DNA from: the human T2T-CHM13v2.0 reference genome, Homo sapiens
DNA: 64,000 nucleotides
Reading direction: 5' to 3' (one strand)
Assembly: GCF_009914755.1 (NCBI RefSeq)
Contig: NC_060942.1
Shown here: positions 61,621 through 64,000 of the stretch, one piece after another
How positions within the stretch are numbered: the stretch's first letter is position 1
How the letters are laid out: each line of letters begins with the position of its first letter
Translations under genes and position numbers: made by a program
Notes under the pieces: model-generated
Told to the model about the DNA's origin: nothing
The model's input: only the letters and a program-made list of their open reading frames with translations
The model's database searches: none

Positions 61621-62529
61621 TATTCACTATATTACCTCTCTTTAGTGCTCAGAATGAAGAAGGCTCTAAAATCTAAGAGACTGAATCCTAAAACAAAGAT
61701 TCCATTCTGTCATCTAAAGTCCTCTTTGGGATGTAGAAAAACGGACTCATGTTTTGAAAACGTTATGGGACAGAAAGGGTTGTTAGGCACTGGCCTTTCT
61801 TTAACTAGAAAATTCAATTATCTAGAACACTCCATTCCCCATGTGCTCCCATTAATTGCTGTTTTACGGTGACACAGAGAAAAAGCGGGGATTGCTCTGG
61901 GAAAAGGATGAGCAATGCAAAGTCTGCGGATTCCAGGGTTTTGAGGATAAATTATCTAGTTAAGATTAAGGCTCTCTGTGCTTGAAGTTGTTATCGACTT
62001 TGATGCCCCACATGAGTTCTTTATCTCAGAGTAATGGTGTTGGGAATGATCACTGTGCCTCCTGTGATGTGAAGGAATTTCTTGGTCATATTGGGCCAGT
62101 CAGTTATCTCATTTATTTTGTTGATACCCTTTTGAGTCTTAAGTTAGATGGTTATTTGTCTTACATTACATTTAGACTGGAGAAATCTTTGTGTAATTAT
62201 GACCTCATTGTCTGGATAGCCTTCTACTTAAAAAGGAAAAAAAGAGGTTAAAAAAAGCCCAAACACTTCAGAGCCAACTCTTCAACTGCACATGTGTTTT
62301 GTACTTTAAAAAATCATTTTCAAATAGGGCTTATCATGGGAAAAACAGCAGGAATGAATACTCTGCAAGGACATGCCCAGCTGAGAAGCCCCGGGTCTTG
62401 GGTGTCACCAAATCTGGAGATGCTCTAAGATGTAAGCTGTCTAGCAGAGGGAAAAAAAGATTCCTGTTGTTCTGCCAGGTCATATCTTCAGGTTTGAGGA
62501 GGAAAGAGTCTAAATAATAAGACCACCTA

Positions 62530-62640
62530 TAGCAACAATAGCCAATATTCTTTGCCCACGTGCTGTGCAGCAGGCTCTAGACTAAGTGCATTTACATTTG
62601 CCCTTTTCCTTTCATCTTCACAATAACCCTCTTGGATGTT
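62530..62640 (-). mobile_element. MIR fragment
   Basis: ctaagtgcatttaca...tcttcacaataaccct. Confidence 0.6.
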
Positions 62641-62659
62641 GTACTATGTTGGACACTAC

Positions 62660-63095
62660 AAATCTTCTGGGCCCCATATTTTGCTTCAGCTGCTATTGCT
62701 GCGACTTGTTCTGAGCAGGCTTCAGTCAGCTTTGTGTAGGTGCAGCCAGAGGGAGTCGCTCCTTGGACTAGGCTTTCTACCTCTCCCTTCCTGCCCTGGG
62801 GCTTCTCTGATATCTGGGCTTGGGGTAGGAGCACTACCCAGAAGGGTGGGAGTTAATGCTCATGGAGCTGCTCTCGGACAATGGGGAAGAGAGTCAATGA
62901 ATAAATGCTTTCCTCTTTCATTCCCCAAGCAGACTTTTCGGAGATCTATTTCATATGCACCAGTCACTGTAAGGCTGGCAACCTCGGTAACATCCTTCCC
63001 TTGTTCCCTTCCCTGTCTCTCAGACCTGCTCCTTGGGCTCACTTCCAAAACGAATTATCTGCAGACTTTATCTCAGGCTCTGTGTGGAGCTGTGG
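62660..63095 (+). mobile_element. LTR16-family (ERVL) solo LTR
   Basis: gggagttaatgctcatgg...gacaatgggga...gaataaatgcttt...tctcaggctctg. Confidence 0.7.
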
Positions 63096-63624
63096 GACAG
63101 TGGTGGGGATGGCAGGCTAGGAAGGGATGACAGTGGCCTTCCAGAACCAAGGGGGCCTCTTTTGCTGCTGCTATTGCAGTCCCCATTGGTGACTCCCTAC
63201 TGTCCACTTCCCTACAGGGAGGACTCACAGTGGCTTTCTCACTCACAGTGGCTTTCCATCAGTGCTGTCCTTTGCCAAAACATTGCAGCAGCTAGTGTCA
63301 TCAGGGGCCCGCAGAGCTGTGGGATTTGACCCCTTAGTCAGAGACTTATTTTAAATACCCTCTTTCAACTCTCCTGTACCAGTACCAGTCCAGATGTCTG
63401 ACATCACAGCTGTCTGTATTGGGGCCTCAAATGGAAACCCCTGAATGATTATCATAAAATCATGTTCTGTTCCCCTTTGCCCTGTACCTTATTCACTGGG
63501 AACTTTGGGAGTTTTGAACAGACTCATAGATGGGGAGATTCTGAGAGGATGAACATGCAGGACCTGTGGTTTTAGCTACATGCTCCTCAAAGTGAGTCTC
63601 AGGCTTTATCTGCTCTCGGTTGCT

Positions 63625-63725
63625 TTATCATCACTATGTCATAGATAAGGAAACTGAGGCTTGGAGAAGCTATGTAAGTAATTTCTGAGTGTCAGATAGG
63701 TACTAAATGATGGAACTAGCAACCC
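63625..63725 (-). mobile_element. MIR fragment
   Basis: agataaggaaactgaggcttggaga. Confidence 0.7.
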
Positions 63726-64000
63726 TGGTCCTGGTAATAATCACTATGGAACACAGCCTTCTAAATGGCCCTCCCTTGGGGTGGGGGTGTTTTGTGAGCC
63801 CCACTTCCAGGAATGCAAGCTAAAGACATCACAGCTAAGACATCTCAGGAGGGAGTCTGGCCCTGGAGACTAGGGATCCCTACTGTGAGAACTTTGAGAA
63901 GCTCCGTATCCTCTCTGCTGGTTATGATTCTTGCCCCTTATCTGTTGCAGTGTAGAAATTAAGAGTGAAATCCTTGACATGAAAAGGGTTTGTACACTTG

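Noticed and set aside
63223-63256. Small tandem duplication actcacagtggctttc x2 (also 37742-37775, 35024-35058, 21748-21788)
   Set aside because: Ordinary slippage-size duplications with no further structure.

Overview
Primate (hominid, most likely human) non-coding genomic DNA. The evidence is about 24 Alu copies including AluY, an SVA element and primate L1PA. I find no credible protein-coding exon, RNA gene or CpG-island promoter. The ORF track is explained by Alu-derived frames, broken L1 ORF2 and chance ORFs. Much of the window is interspersed repeat: Alu, MIR, L1 (L1PA/MA/MB/MC-ME), L2, a CR1/L3 fossil, MaLR and ERV solo LTRs, and hAT-Charlie DNA transposons. Repeat-free, motif-dense islands between them look like enhancers. 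The most interesting signals are rearrangement scars readable directly from the sequence. They include a 5'-truncated SVA_A-like insertion whose TSDs enclose an older AluS (apparent 3' transduction), two local templated insertions (~94-95% identical to donors 2-3 kb away), a microhomology tandem duplication of an Alu half, an LTR bracketed by a ~400-bp direct repeat, an orphan ~450-bp insert in an MLT1 LTR, and two fold-back palindromes. Repeat subfamily names come from my recollection of consensus sequences and need RepeatMasker/Dfam confirmation. Boundaries of old repeats are approximate. I cannot identify the locus.
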